DNA of 63,864 nt, filler included, from Octopus bimaculoides (GCF_001194135.2; 5 parts of 5 records of this genome joined end to end with filler, not necessarily neighbours in it), one strand, 5' to 3'. Shown: positions 48,171 to 58,850, numbered from the whole stretch's first letter. Translations and numbers: made by a program. The notes: generated by a model from the letters alone, not told the origin.

Positions 48171-50922
48171 TATATATATCTTTACTCTTTTACTTGTTTC
48201 AGTCGTTTGACTGCGGCCAAGCTGGAGGACCGCCTTTAGTCGAGCAAATTGACCCCAGGACTTAGTCTTTGTAAGCCTAGTACTTATTCTATCAGTCTTT
48301 TTTGCTGAACTGCTAAGTTACGGGGACGTAAACACACCACCATCAGTTGTCAAGTGATGTTGGGGGGACAAACACAGACACACAAACATACACACACACA
48401 CACACACACATATATGTATATATATATACATNNNNNNNNNNNNNNNNNNNNNNNNNNNNNNNNNNNNNNNNNNNNNNNNNNNNNNNNNNNNNNNNNNNNN
48501 NNNNNNNNNNNNNNNNNNNNNNNNNNNNNNNNNNNNNNNNNNNNNNNNNNNNNNNNNNNNNNNNNNNNNNNNNNNNNNNNNNNNNNNNNNNNNNNNNNNN
48601 NNNNNNNNNNNNNNNNNNNNNNNNNNNNNNNNNNNNNNNNNNNNNNNNNNNNNNNNNNNNNNNNNNNNNNNNNNNNNNNNNNNNNNNNNNNNNNNNNNNN
48701 NNNNNNNNNNNNNNNNNNNNNNNNNNNNNNNNNNNNNNNNNNNNNNNNNNNNNNNNNNNNNNNNNNNNNNNNNNNNNNNNNNNNNNNNNNNNNNNNNNNN
48801 NNNNNNNNNNNNNNNNNNNNNNNNNNNNNNNNNNNNNNNNNNNNNNNNNNNNNNNNNNNNNNNNNNNNNNNNNNNNNNNNNNNNNNNNNNNNNNNNNNNN
48901 NNNNNNNNNNNNNNNNNNNNNNNNNNNNNNNNNNNNNNNNNNNNNNNNNNNNNNNNNNNNNNNNNNNNNNNNNNNNNNNNNNNNNNNNNNNNNNNNNNNN
49001 NNNNNNNNNNNNNNNNNNNNNNNNNNNNNNNNNNNNNNNNNNNNNNNNNNNNNNNNNNNNNNNNNNNNNNNNNNNNNNNNNNNNNNNNNNNNNNNNNNNN
49101 NNNNNNNNNNNNNNNNNNNNNNNNNNNNNNNNNNNNNNNNNNNNNNNNNNNNNNNNNNNNNNNNNNNNNNNNNNNNNNNNNNNNNNNNNNNNNNNNNNNN
49201 NNNNNNNNNNNNNNNNNNNNNNNNNNNNNNNNNNNNNNNNNNNNNNNNNNNNNNNNNNNNNNNNNNNNNNNNNNNNNNNNNNNNNNNNNNNNNNNNNNNN
49301 NNNNNNNNNNNNNNNNNNNNNNNNNNNNNNNNNNNNNNNNNNNNNNNNNNNNNNNNNNNNNNNNNNNNNNNNNNNNNNNNNNNNNNNNNNNNNNNNNNNN
49401 NNNNNNNNNNNNNNNNNNNNNNNTATATATATATATATATCGAATGGCTATGGAGGACCAGTTGAGTAAAATAGGAATCAAAGGGGTTCATAAGCAAAAA
49501 AGGGTTGAGAACCACTGAGGTAAACCCTTCGAAGCAGCCCACTAGGGCCACAGTCCCAATAATTGTGACAACAATAAAAGGATTAAAAAAAAAACACTAA
49601 AAACAAGTTTTGTATACTGGAAACCAGAAGTGGTAGTCATGGGTAGGATGGTATGGAAAAGTAAATCTTCACTTACTTGTTTTTGCGGTCATAGTCATTG
49701 ACTGCTTCTAAGATCTGGTTGCGGGTTAGTTTGTTTATTAATGGCTCAGAGTAATTCCAAAACTGAAGTAAGGATTCAGCACGACAAAGTCCCCTATTGG
49801 AAAAGAAGAAATTTATTAGGTTTAACACACCTGTCCCCAAAGCAGAAATGTTAAGGTCATTCCCTCTGGTGAAGAAGATTGGCCTACAAGAGTCTTGTGC
49901 TGGTGCCACATTAAAAGCACTCACGCTGGCACCATGTAAAAGCATCCATGTAAATTGGTTGGCATTAGAAAGGGCATCCAGCTGTAGAAACCAAGCCAAA
50001 TCAGACTAGAATTTGGTGCAGCTCTCCTGCTTCCCAGCTCTGGTCAAACTGCCCAAACCATGCCAGCATGGAAGACAGACATTAAAGGATGATGATGATA
50101 CATACATACATACATACATGCCTATATACTATATTATAACTTGCTCTATAACAGTAGATCTCTACATATGTATATATGTATGTGTGTGTTTGTGTATAAG
50201 TGCCAATGCACAAAATTTTTGTCCCTTGGGTCATTCTGTAACTTCTGCTGATAAATAATANNNNNNNNNNNNNNNNNNNNNNNNNNNNNNNNNNNNNNNN
50301 NNNNNNNNNNNNNNNNNNNNNNNNNNNNNNNNNNNNNNNNNNNNNNNNNNNNNNNNNNNNACCACATACATGTATGACATTTTAAAATTGAGCTGTATCA
50401 CACATTTAATTAACCATTTTGCTACCATATTTCTGTTGAAATTAATTAATTTTTAAAATAATGAAGAATTTAAACAACTTTGTCATTATTAAGTTCGTGT
50501 TTGGCTCATACATAAAAGAAAACATTTTGCTAGAAGAAGGTTTTAATTTAGATATATTCATATCATAGAACCAGGAAGTCGTCTGAGGTAGGATGGTATT
50601 AAAGGGGATAATATCTAAATAGTTTGGTAAATAAGCAACTTTATTATATTTTATTTAGTAAATTATTATGGATTTGAACAAACTGGGTTTCATAACTTTA
50701 GTAATATCTGGGGGAAAAAAAGTGGCTAAGCAATCAAGCAAGCAAACAACTATGGTAAAACTGAAGCAACTAATTGTTTGGTGATATGTTGGAAGTTGGT
50801 GGAAGATAATGGTAGTGGAGCACAACAGCAACAACAAGAAGATCAACTTACCATTCACAGTACTTTCTTAAATGCATGTTTGTTGAATTTATGTCCAAGA
50901 CCATCTCATGAATCTGATACAT
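23693..50922 (-). CDS. Patched domain-containing / sterol-sensing-domain membrane protein (PTCHD3/Ptr-like); 11 exons, 602 codons, partial (N-terminal TM1 exon and TM8-12 exons not located)
   Basis: All 11 exons have canonical AG/GT ends and consecutive phases match. The translation includes loop-1 C..W.LC..ES.L.FW, AWKWEQEF, the SSD helices with LGIGIDDMF, HAGISITITTLSDITAFAIGATS, FPGLRTFC and QITFFASCMSIDLRR, then TM7 and loop 2. Confidence 0.92.
24876..25158 (-). mobile_element. tRNA-derived SINE family A (octopus-type), internally deleted copy
   Basis: Shares the head GTGGCTG.GTGGTAAG..GTTCAGTCCCACTG and the tail CAGTCAAATGACTGAAACAA with copies at 35983, 41866 and 51541. Confidence 0.75.
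25399..25545 (-). CDS. PTCHD-like exon: (K)SLTYSVDQNAYQKMAYDLSQSSYVLKDYTVNWLTGFLQWCKEQNFNVS
   Basis: 147 nt, phase 1 to 1. Acceptor tcttgcttcttgcag; donor GTCAGT. It has the NWL..F..W loop-2 motif. Confidence 0.88.
25654..26798 (+). mobile_element. TRIM-like non-autonomous LTR element: ~150-bp terminal direct repeats, 5-bp TSD, non-coding interior with a tandem array
   Basis: Repeats at 25654-25804 and 26650-26798 (TGTTG...TATCA). GAAAG flanks both ends (25649-25653 and 26799-26803). A PBS-like TGG follows the 5' repeat and the PPT AAAGTGGGGAGG precedes the 3' repeat. Confidence 0.8.
25940..26610. repeat. Tandem array inside the TRIM: ~190-bp unit with a conserved ~70-bp core and variable (AAT)n
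   Basis: The core GTGAAG.ATTTTAGTCAGGTCACTATGTGTTTGTAGAGCCACTGGTAAACAATGTAGACTGGTACTACCT occurs at ~26071, ~26260 and ~26520, with a diverged copy at ~25940. One N gap lies inside. Confidence 0.85.
26878..27980 (+). mobile_element. Degenerate mariner (DD34D-type) transposon
   Basis: HTH-region TVQKWTTKFRRGRESLE.DP.S.RP, ECWVHHF, GKVIASVFWDAK and PYSLDLTPSDYHVFP; frameshifted. Boundaries approximate. Confidence 0.85.
28718..28968 (-). mobile_element. tRNA-derived SINE family B
   Basis: The head has an A-box TGGCCCAGTGG and a B-box-like GGTTTCAATTCCC, followed by a unique body. It does not fold as a complete tRNA. Confidence 0.65.
29875..30049 (-). CDS. PTCHD-like exon: TM7 and start of loop 2 (IFVIILTFLILAICAWSLSQLETDTNWQRVMYATNAPYYRYFLKDEKYFSTNKVDVYC)
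   Basis: 175 nt, phase 0 to 1. Acceptor ttgtattttag; donor GTAAGT. Confidence 0.9.
32060..32405 (-). mobile_element. tRNA-derived SINE family C (a related head is on + at ~35216-35410)
   Basis: A-box TGGCTCAGTGG and B-box GAGTTCGAATGCC, followed by GTGTTGTGTTCTTGAGCAAGACACTT, which is shared with ~35290. Confidence 0.65.
32470..32718 (-). CDS. PTCHD-like exon: TM6 region and cytoplasmic loop (AFPGLRTFCLYNCIGILCIYIMQITFFASCMSIDLRR...KKPVK)
   Basis: 249 nt, phase 0 to 0. Acceptor ctttcttgttctag; donor GTAAGT. Confidence 0.93.
33340..33510 (-). mobile_element. Short mariner-like transposase fragment
   Basis: LEEIHIFLDEDCHMSIKTISIQFGVG resembles the second HTH of mariner transposases. Confidence 0.4.
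34025..34270 (-). mobile_element. SINE family A, 5' half (tail lost in an N gap)
   Basis: Close match to 42000-42258 and 51680-51957. Confidence 0.8.
35009..35181 (-). CDS. PTCHD-like exon: SSD TM4-TM5 (GIGIDDMFVILGAL...HAGISITITTLSDITAFAIGATS)
   Basis: 173 nt, phase 1 to 0, with the GxxxDD motif. Acceptor ttactgtttcag; donor GTAGGT. Confidence 0.96.
35983..36410 (+). mobile_element. SINE family A, full-length-like copy with internal (TG)n
   Basis: tRNA-like head, central microsatellite and tail ending CAGTCAAATGAGTGGAACAAGAAAAAG. Confidence 0.8.
37339..37462 (-). CDS. PTCHD-like exon: SSD TM3-TM4 (LGLAFVGIMCVAIGFFVTLGLGGLFNITYGALNRVLALLLL)
   Basis: 124 nt, phase 0 to 1. Acceptor gtgctttattccag; donor GTAAGT. 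Confidence 0.94.
38105..38225 (-). CDS. PTCHD-like exon: TM2 (DFTQYGTGFEEDALLVFIGYSIMGVYIIICLGKCNLVEQK)
   Basis: 121 nt, phase 2 to 0. Acceptor ttttctctttcag; donor GTATAT. Confidence 0.93.
38403..38545 (-). mobile_element. RTE LINE 3' tail copy
   Basis: Nearly identical to 22950-23090. Confidence 0.8.
38620..38990 (-). mobile_element. Gypsy gag fragment
   Basis: TDFQETMELLSKIFCDRSSLFNTRMECWNLK resembles invertebrate Gypsy gag segments as recalled; it is disrupted. Confidence 0.5.
40369..40451 (-). CDS. PTCHD-like exon: AWKWEQEFSKLFRTNPTNFKELYAYCF(Y)
   Basis: 83 nt, phase 0 to 2, with the family WE..F motif. Acceptor ataccttttag; donor GTAAGT. This frame is absent from the ORF track. Confidence 0.9.
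40630..41220 (+). mobile_element. Degenerate RLE-type (restriction-like endonuclease) LINE C-terminus
   Basis: ENYKILWDLPIKT and TIIPVVIGVLG..NLQ*STILHSVRILRKILEM parallel the better copy at 43170-44030. Boundaries approximate. Confidence 0.65.
41866..42258 (-). mobile_element. SINE family A, full-length-like copy
   Basis: Head, (CA/TA)n centre and tail are all present; closely matches 51541-51957. Confidence 0.85.
42522..42588. repeat. 15-bp tandem repeat CAGCAGGAAGTGACA x ~4.5
   Basis: Directly visible; one copy has a C>T change. Confidence 0.9.
42764..42866 (-). CDS. PTCHD-like exon: DLDQFLTNIKRNDSGYITGAQVTKMKWKFPYSDF
   Basis: 103 nt, phase 2 to 0. It links exons 49677 and 40451 in frame. 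Acceptor gtattctttgcag; donor GTAAGT. Loop-1 motif L..I.R..SG.I.GA. Confidence 0.88.
42960..43180. repeat. (GA)/(GACA) purine-rich compound microsatellite
   Basis: Degenerate GAGAGAGACAGAGACAGG units, directly visible. Confidence 0.9.
43170..44030 (+). mobile_element. RLE-type non-LTR retrotransposon 3' end (CCHC knuckle and PD-(D/E)xK-like endonuclease), frameshifted
   Basis: C.ICG..HIISECPKL, YKRRHDNVARMVHW, LWD..IQCD....LDIVVV, and VVPIVIGTLG..LQKSALLGTAKILRRVL followed by a stop. Confidence 0.85.
44028..44370 (-). mobile_element. RTE LINE 3' UTR/tail copy
   Basis: Reverse complement of ~3560-3950 with scattered substitutions. Confidence 0.8.
44680..45480 (+). mobile_element. Degenerate maT/DD37D-type Tc1-mariner transposase
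   Basis: FVDEKKFTVD and VQDSAPYH..PSNSPDFNLFNY, with 37 residues between the second D and the third position (now N). Frameshifted. Confidence 0.75.
46140..47850 (+). mobile_element. SINE family A split by the maT insertion (head ~46140-46267, tail ~47555-47850)
   Basis: The head ends in GAAGCCAATC(AT)n before the left TIR, and the microsatellite and tail resume after the right TIR. Confidence 0.75.
46270..47552 (+). mobile_element. Full-length maT/DD37D-type Tc1-mariner element (1283 bp) with TIRs and TA TSD; transposase disrupted
   Basis: TIRs share GGGTGGGGAAGCAAAACT and are flanked by TA (46268-9 and 47553-4). Catalytic motifs are IFSDENIFT, WIQDGSPAH and PDLNSLDY. Confidence 0.88.
48180..48430 (-). 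mobile_element. SINE family A, 3' half (head lost in an N gap)
   Basis: Matches 41866-42100. Confidence 0.8.
49677..49793 (-). CDS. PTCHD-like exon: (W)GLCRAESLLQFWNYSEPLINKLTRNQILEAVNDYDRKN
   Basis: 117 nt, phase 2 to 2. Acceptor ttcttcttttccaatag; donor GTAAGT. Confidence 0.9.
50852..50922 (-). CDS. PTCHD-like exon (most 5' found): MYQIHEMVLDINSTNMHLRKYCE(W)
   Basis: 71 nt, phase 0 to 2. Acceptor ctctcactgttctttacag; donor GTAAGT. The strong acceptor implies further upstream exons. Confidence 0.85.
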
Positions 50923-51540
50923 CTGTAAAGAACAGTGAGAGAGAGAAGGTTAACTAGATTCAGGACATCTTCATCATTGTTTTAACATCTACTTTGGTAT
51001 GCTTGTATGGGTCAGACAAAAATATGTTGGGGCATTGGGACAGAATTCACAACAGTCAGATGCCCTTCCAATTGTCAACCATCACTTGGTTCCAAACAAC
51101 AAAGAGCCTGGACATAGTTTAAGCAGAGAACTGGAAATCTAGTGTCACATGGGCCAATGGAGGAGGTTGTTCATTCTGTCCCATACAACAGCCAAATCTC
51201 CCTCACACCACACTCTGTTATCTTAGTACAAGAAAGACACATTAGAAAATGTTTGTTTGCTTCTATCTGTCACTGTTCGTCTTTCCCTGTAAAGCTGACT
51301 TCTTTTCATATGCTTCACAATAAATCTGATGGGACAGATCTATGAAGATGCCATCACTTAAACATCCAGAATGTGTAACTCTATAATTTTAATGACAGGA
51401 TTTTTTTGCCGACATCATAACTCAATCTGCCAAAAATTTCAGTAGTTGTGTCTGAAAATCATCCTAACTTGAGAAAAGAAATGTTGAGGTTCAAATTGAG
51501 CCTACATATGTTTTTTGCTTGCAATTCACTTTGCATATAT

Positions 51541-51743
51541 ACTCTTTTACTTGTTTCAGTCATTTGACTGCGGCTATGCTGGAGCACCGCCTTTAATCGA
51601 GAAAATCAACCCCAGGACTTATTCTTTGTAAGCCTAGTACTTATTCTATCGGTCTCTTTTTGCCGAACTGCTAAGTTACAGGGATGTAAACACACCAGCA
51701 TCGGTTGTCAAGCGATGGTGGGGGGACAAACACAGACACACAA

Positions 51744-51790
<47 letters not shown>

Positions 51791-51957
51791 TTACGACGGG
51801 CTTCTTTCAGTTTCCGTCTACCAAATCCACTCACAAGGCTTTGGTTGGCCCAAGGCTATAGTAGAAGACACTTGCCCAAGGTGCCACGCAGTGGGACTGA
51901 ACCCGGAACCATGTAGTTGGTAAGCAAGCTACTTACTACACAGCCACTCCTGCGCCT
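51541..51957 (-). mobile_element. SINE family A, full-length-like copy with (TA)n centre
   Basis: Head, microsatellite and tail are all present. Confidence 0.85.
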
Positions 51958-52816
51958 ATGTATATAGGGTTGACAAAAGACCTTTTCTTAAGTTGAAAGG
52001 TAGATTGTGTGATGCCTGTATATAGACTGTGAGTAGAGAGGACAGTGAGGGCTTGAAAAAATGCAGAGGACCTTCATAACTTGTCCTAACATGCTTCGAT
52101 GGAGGTGCAAATGTGTTGAGAGTAAATGTGAGTATAAGAGACATTAGATATAACATGCAAGGGAAAAAAGACAACATTGGTGTCATAATGTATAAAGAAG
52201 TGATGATCACTAAACATGAGAAGAGCCTATAGAAATAGGAGACCCAGGAGATGTGAGATGAACTAGTGAAAAATGACCTCAGATTGTTGAGCCTCTTGGA
52301 GAAGACGACAGAAGACTGAGCTGAACTGAGATATGCCATGCTTGAGAAGATACCCACCTTGCTCATTGTGTCCCACCTGCTGCTGCTTATCACCTCCTCC
52401 CTGACCTATTCTTATTTCCTTTCCTTCACTTCCCCTTCTCCAAACTGATATTTAGTGTCCAGCTCAATCCTCTTCTCTCATCATCAGTCACATTAATTTC
52501 CCTTGAGCATGCTTATCCCCCCCCCCACTCTTCTCTTCCTCCGTCCTATTTCTCTCATATATTCACTTTGCACCTTGACCTCATCTCTCTCTCCCTCTCT
52601 TCCCAGAAAGGGAAGCCACATATTCACTGTTTTTGCCCAGATATTATACCCAACTCATTTGAGGAAGGGAGAGGGAGGAGGGAGGCTTGTCTTGCAAGAA
52701 CTTCGTGACTTCCCCANNNNNNNNNNNNNNNNNNNNNNNNNNNNNNNNNNNNNNNNNNNNTTAATTAATTAANNNNNNNNNNNNNNNNNNNNNNNNNNNN
52801 NNNNNNNNNNNNNNNN

Positions 52817-52860
<44 letters not shown>

Positions 52861-53285
52861 TGTGTGTGTATGTATGCATGTATGTATAAATGTAAGAATG
52901 TATGTGTGTGAGTATACAATATAGATCGACCTATCTATTTATGTGTATTCCTCGGAAGGACAAGCTTGTCGTTCAAGGGTTAGGAATATTGACGCCCCAA
53001 AATCAGGTAAAATGTTTTCATGAACATATGTTTCAAGAATTGTAATACCTGTTGCAACATGCGACTCCAGTGTATACAACTAGTAGTAGCTTGTATATTT
53101 ATACTGTGCAGATTTAAGGATACGTGTTTTTCACTGGATGTAGTAAACTGTTTGTTGATTTTACACTAACAGAACAATAATTTATATGCTTATATATATA
53201 CACATAGACAGACATACACACACACATACACACATATATATATGTATAATTATTTATGCATATACATACACGCACACACACAAAC

Positions 53286-53317
<32 letters not shown>

Positions 53318-53952
53318 GTATATATACTATGTATTTACATATATCTATATATACAAATATATCTTTCTATTAACATATATATATATANNNNNNNNNNNNN
53401 NNNNNNNNNNNNNNNNNNNNNNNNNNNNNNNNNNNNNNNNNNNNNNNNNNNNNNNNNNNNNNNNNNNNNNNNNNNNNNNNNNNNNNNNNNNNNNNNNNNN
53501 NNNNNNNNNNNNNNNNNNNNNNNNNNNNNNNNNNNNNNNNNNNNNNNNNNNNNNNNNNNNNNNNNNNNNNNNNNNNNNNNNNNNNNNNNNNNNNNNNNNN
53601 NNNNNNNNNNNNNNNNNNNNNNNNNNNNNNNNNNNNNNNNNNNNNNNNNNNNNNNNNNNNNNNNNNNNNNNNNNNNNNNNNNNNNNNNNNNNNNNNNNNN
53701 NNNNNNNNNNNNNNNNNNNNNNNNNNNNNNNNNNNNNNNNNNNNNNNNNNNNNNNNNNNNNNNNNNNNNNNNNNNNNNNNNNNNNNNNNNNNNNNNNNNN
53801 NNNNNNNNNNNNNNNNNNNNNNNNNNNNNNNNNNNNNNNNNNNNNNNNNNNNNNNNNACACACACACATACATATATATATATATACATATACTCATACA
53901 CAGAGATGTATAATTACAACATACATATTTATATACACACATACATATGCAA

Positions 53953-54001
<49 letters not shown>

Positions 54002-54431
54002 GACATGTACAGCTATAAATAAGCTGTATATACACAATGCTCTATAGACGTTATCGGACAAAAGTTATGTTATATATGTTTCTGGAGGGAGACACCAATT
54101 CGTGGAACTTTATAACCGAATGTGTTTTGAATATTATTCAAAATGTTACTTTAGAAATAACGATACACGCTTCCTGTAACTTATTTTCACACACGTTAGC
54201 TCCTCTGCCTTATATAAAATATTTCAATTCAAAAATTCCAACACCTAAAACTTTTTACTCGCAGAAACATTTTCTAATTTATGCGCATTGTATTGTTATA
54301 AAATAAAATGATACACAAGCATGTGAAACACAAAAAACGCATGCTTGCACATGTCAAAATACACTCACACTCGCCAACGCGCAAACGCATGTAAATAAAT
54401 AACTAAACACACACACACACACACATATATA

Positions 54432-54463
<32 letters not shown>

Positions 54464-54514
54464 TAAATATATATACATGTATATGCTTGTGTGTGTTAGT
54501 ATGTGAGCGCTTAT

Positions 54515-54760
54515 TAGGCGGCGACCTGGCAGAAACTTTAGCACGCCGGGCTAAATGCATAGCGGTATTTTGTCTGGCTTTACGTTCCGAGTTCAAATTC
54601 CGCCGAGGTCGACTTTACTTTGATTTTTTCGGGGTCGATGAATTAAGTACCAGCTGAGTACTGGTGTTAATCAAATCTACTGGCTCTCTCCCAAAATATT
54701 CGGGCCTGTATGCCTGGAGTAGAAAAGTATATGAAAGCGTGTGTGATGCGGAAATTCTAA
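54515..54760 (+). mobile_element. SINE family D (related minus-strand copies at ~41225-41470, ~41650-41850, ~44378-44520)
   Basis: Head AGGCGGCGACCTGGCAGAA and B-box GAGTTCAAATTCC, then CGAGGTCGACTTT..GGGGTCGAT.AATTAAGTACCAG. The same sequence recurs as a reverse complement elsewhere. Confidence 0.7.
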
Positions 54761-55430
54761 AATCAGTCATAGTGGTACAGTCACTTGCTACTACTACTAC
54801 TGCTACTACTACTACTACTACTACTACTCTAATTTATTCATGTTATCAGTGCAATCTGCTAACGAGCATTCATTCGTAGTTTAAGATTTGTGATATGTGT
54901 GCAACAGCACAGACAGACAGACACACAGACACACACACACACAGAATAAACATTACATTTATACACGTTTATATGTATACGTTTTCACACACACACACAA
55001 ACACACACATATGGATATACATATGTATATATACATATATGTATTACAAAAGGTATATACGTCAGTATAGATTTAAATAAATAAATCAATAAATGAAGAT
55101 ATACATTACNNNNNNNNNNNNNNNNNNNNNNNNNNNNNNNNNNNNNNNNNNNNNNNNNNNNNNNNNNNNNNNNNNNNNNNNNNNNNNNNNNNNNNNNNNN
55201 NNNNNNNNNNNNNNNNNNNNNNNNNNNNNNNNNNNNNNNNNNNNNNNNNNNNNNNNNNNNNNNNNNNNNNNNNNNNNNNNNNNNNNNNNNNNNNNNNNNN
55301 NNNNNNNNNNNNNNNNNNNNNNNNNNNNNNNNNNNNNNNNNNNNNTATATATATATATATATATATATACATATATACACATATACATATATACACATAC
55401 ACACACACATATATATATAGAGAGAGAGAG

Positions 55431-55470
<40 letters not shown>

Positions 55471-56031
55471 GTATGTATGTGCGTGTATGCATGTGTCCGC
55501 AAGTTATATAGACACTAGGCGGGCTTAAGTCACCTAGCAATAAAACAGAATAGTTGCACCGTTCTAAAGCTGCTGCTGTGCACACTTGATGAGTGCTAGT
55601 TGGTAGTCTCCTGCAGCAGTCATTAGCTGCACCCTTTCTTTTGCAGCTGTCCTGGGTGCATCGAAGTGCATCTCTAAGATGATGTGAGTATATGTATATA
55701 TGTAGGTGTCCGAGACATTCTGTGTCCGTGTGTGTGTTTACTCATGATGGAAGTATGAGTAACCGATGGTAGAAGACGGGAATTGAGTGTGTGAATCTAA
55801 GATTTAAGAAATATTCTAAGCATTATATTTATTTATCATAATGCCATATGCTGTATATACCATGAGCTATATTATACTATAGTACTGTGTTTTCTGTGTT
55901 GCGCTCATTAGTGTATGTCCATTCAACAATATTTCTGGTTGATCAAATGGTTTCCAGTATATATTGCAGCCTGTCGGAATTGGTGATGTTAATGGGACGT
56001 ATATTAAAGTAGTATATGTCTATATATACAT

Positions 56032-56066
<35 letters not shown>

Positions 56067-57789
56067 NNNNNNNNNNNNNNNNNNNNNNNNNNNNNNNNNN
56101 NNNNNNNNNNNNNNNNNNNNNNNNNNNNNNNNNNNNNNNNNNNNNNNNNNNNNNNNNNNNNNNNNNNNNNNNNNNNNNNNNNNNNNNNNNNNNNNNNNNN
56201 NNNNNNNNNNNNNNNNNNNNNNNNNNNNNNNNNNNNNNNNNNNNNNNNNNNNNNNNNNNNNNNNNNNNNNNNNNNNNNNNNNNNNNNNNNNNNNNNNNNN
56301 NNNNNNNNNNNNNNNNNNNNNNNNNNNNNNNNNNNNNNNNNNNNNNNNNNNNNNNNNNNNNNNNNNNNNNNNNNNNNNNNNNNNNNNNNNNNNNNNNNNN
56401 NNNNNNNNNNNNNNNNNNNNNNNNNNNNNNNNNNNNNNNNNNNNNNNNNNNNNNNNNNNNNNNNNNNNNNNNNNNNNNNNNNNNNNNNNNNNNNNNNNNN
56501 NNNNNNNNNNNNNNNNNNNNNNNNNNNNNNNNNNNNNNNNNNNNNNNNNNNNNNNNNNNNNNNNNNNNNNNNNNNNNNNNNNNNNNNNNNNNNNNNNNNN
56601 NNNNNNNNNNNNNNNNNNNNNNNNNNNNNNNNNNNNNNNNNNNNNNNNNNNNNNNNNNNNNNNNNNNNNNNNNNNNNNNNNNNNNNNNNNNNNNNNNNNN
56701 NNNNNNNNNNNNNNNNNNNNNNNNNNNNNNNNNNNNNNNNNNNNNNNNNNNNNNNNNNNNNNNNNNNNNNNNNNNNNNATATATATAAATACATAATTAA
56801 TAAAATGTGATCACATTTCATTACTCAACATTTCTTGTTCAGAGGGACGTCTCCCTTGTCATATACCCACGGATATAAATTCAACTAATTTTGAGCTGAA
56901 TCCAGTACATGTAAATGCAACAAATTGGGTTGAGTACAGCATTCTTTGTTTGTTCATTCAATGTTGTGTGTGTGTTTGTGTGTGTGTATGTATGTGTGAA
57001 AATGAATTGTGGTATAATACTTATGAAATTGTGTAGAACATGATCGACAGATACATTGAGATCCGTGTCCCAAAGTGCAGCCCTCCATAAACTGATAACA
57101 CACAGAGCTACCCAAGCGCTAACCACAAAGAAATGAACATTCACAAGGTGATGACACTGCTTGCCAACGAGCTATGGCCACAGATGCTGGGATGAGACAC
57201 GAATATATGTATGTGTATTCATATGTATTTGCGTGTGTTGTGTGAGCTTGTGTGTTTTGTGTGATTTTGTGTGTATAAATAATATAAAAAACATATATAT
57301 ATATATATATATANNNNNNNNNNNNNNNNNNNNNNNNNNNNNNNNNNNNNNNNNNNNTTAATTAATTAANNNNNNNNNNNNNNNNNNNNNNNNNNNNNNN
57401 NNNNNNNNNNNNNATATACATATATATATATACACATATATATATATATATATATATACATATCTACTGCAACCCCCACCCCTGAGCCTCTCCTATATTC
57501 TCTCCATCATTTGCCCTTTCACCCGGCTTAAGCCTCTATATAACCTCACCTATTTTCACCAGCCCAAAAACATCTCTACCATCATCTCTCTCACTATCAC
57601 TCTCTTTATCTTACTTTCTAACTCACTCTTCTTTGTTTTCCAACTGGAGTATCCTTGTATCTACTCTGTAGCAAGACACATATCTGTTCCCTCTGAACCT
57701 TAAATCTTTTAACTGACACAAAGTCACATCTCCTCAATACTACTTCTCCCCTTCTTCATTGAGGGGCTTTTGTCTTACAAGGTACTTGG

Positions 57790-58060
57790 AGACCCTGTCA
57801 GTACTGGTGCCACATAAAAAGCACCAGTGATGGTGCCACATACAAAGCACCAGTGATAATGCTGTGTAAAAAGAACTGGTGCTGGTGCCACATAAAAAGC
57901 ACTGGTACACTCAGTAAAGTGGTTACTATTAGGAAGAGCATCCAACTGTAGAAACCATGGCAAAACAGACAATGGAACCTGGTGCAGCTCCTGGCCTTGC
58001 CAGCCCCTGTCAAACCATCCAGCATGGAAAATGGATGTTAAATGATGATAATGATGATGA
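57790..58060 (+). mobile_element. RTE LINE 3' tail copy (further degenerate copies at ~14630, 17060, 29215, 31590, 32810, 34365, 40190, 49880)
   Basis: Shared AGGAAG.GCATCCAGCTGTAGAAACC...CATGG...TTAAA(TGA)n. Confidence 0.7.
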
Positions 58061-58559
58061 TATATATATATGTATATATATTTGTGTGCATCTTTCAGTT
58101 TGTTTGACTCCACTCCAAAAATGCTTGACAATTAGTGTTAGGTTGTTTATACCTCCGTAACTTGAGTCTCTTTTGCTATAACTTAGCAATTCAGCAAAAG
58201 AGACAAAAAGTTCCAGATTTTTAAGATTAATTCTTTTTAATACTTGTCTGACTAAAACCATTCTATGTGGTGCTTGAGCATGTTTTTAGTTCAATAGTCC
58301 AATGACTAAAACAAGAGATAAAAGATACACACACACACACACACACATGTATATATATATATATAATTGAAACAGATGTAGTTGTGTGGGTAGAAAGTTT
58401 GCTTGGCTAGAATATGTGGTCTTGGATTCAATCCCACTGTGTGGCATCTTGGGCAAGTATCTTTTACTGCAGCCCTGGACCAACCAAAGACTTGTGAGTG
58501 GATTTGGAAGACAGAACTGGAAGAAACTCATTGTGCGTGTGTGTATGTGTATAGATAAA

Positions 58560-58850
58560 CAGTGTTGAAATCTTTGGAAATGCAAAGTTTCAAGGCACAA
58601 AACATCAAACTGCTAAGAGATGTGAACTCTGGATGCACAACAGCTTTGCTGTCACCACCAGTAAAGGTCCCAATTGAGAAGGGTGTCAAGTAAGGAAATG
58701 GCATCTGCCCAAAGTTCATTACCACATGTCTAGAAATAATCATCAAAGACATCAATTAGACACATAGCCTGAACATTAATGGCAAACAATTAACACACCT
58801 CCACTTCACAGATGACATTGTATTCATCAGTCACCTCTCAACCTTAGTTC
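58560..58850 (+). mobile_element. LINE reverse transcriptase fragment
   Basis: PIEKGVK*GNGICPK..CLEII and INGKQLTHLHFTDDIVFI correspond to the GVRQGD and FADD motifs. Confidence 0.65.

Noticed and set aside
54205-54220. TATATAAGG on the minus strand as a PTCHD promoter
   Set aside because: TATA-like motifs are abundant in this AT-rich sequence, and no first exon or start codon could be linked to it.
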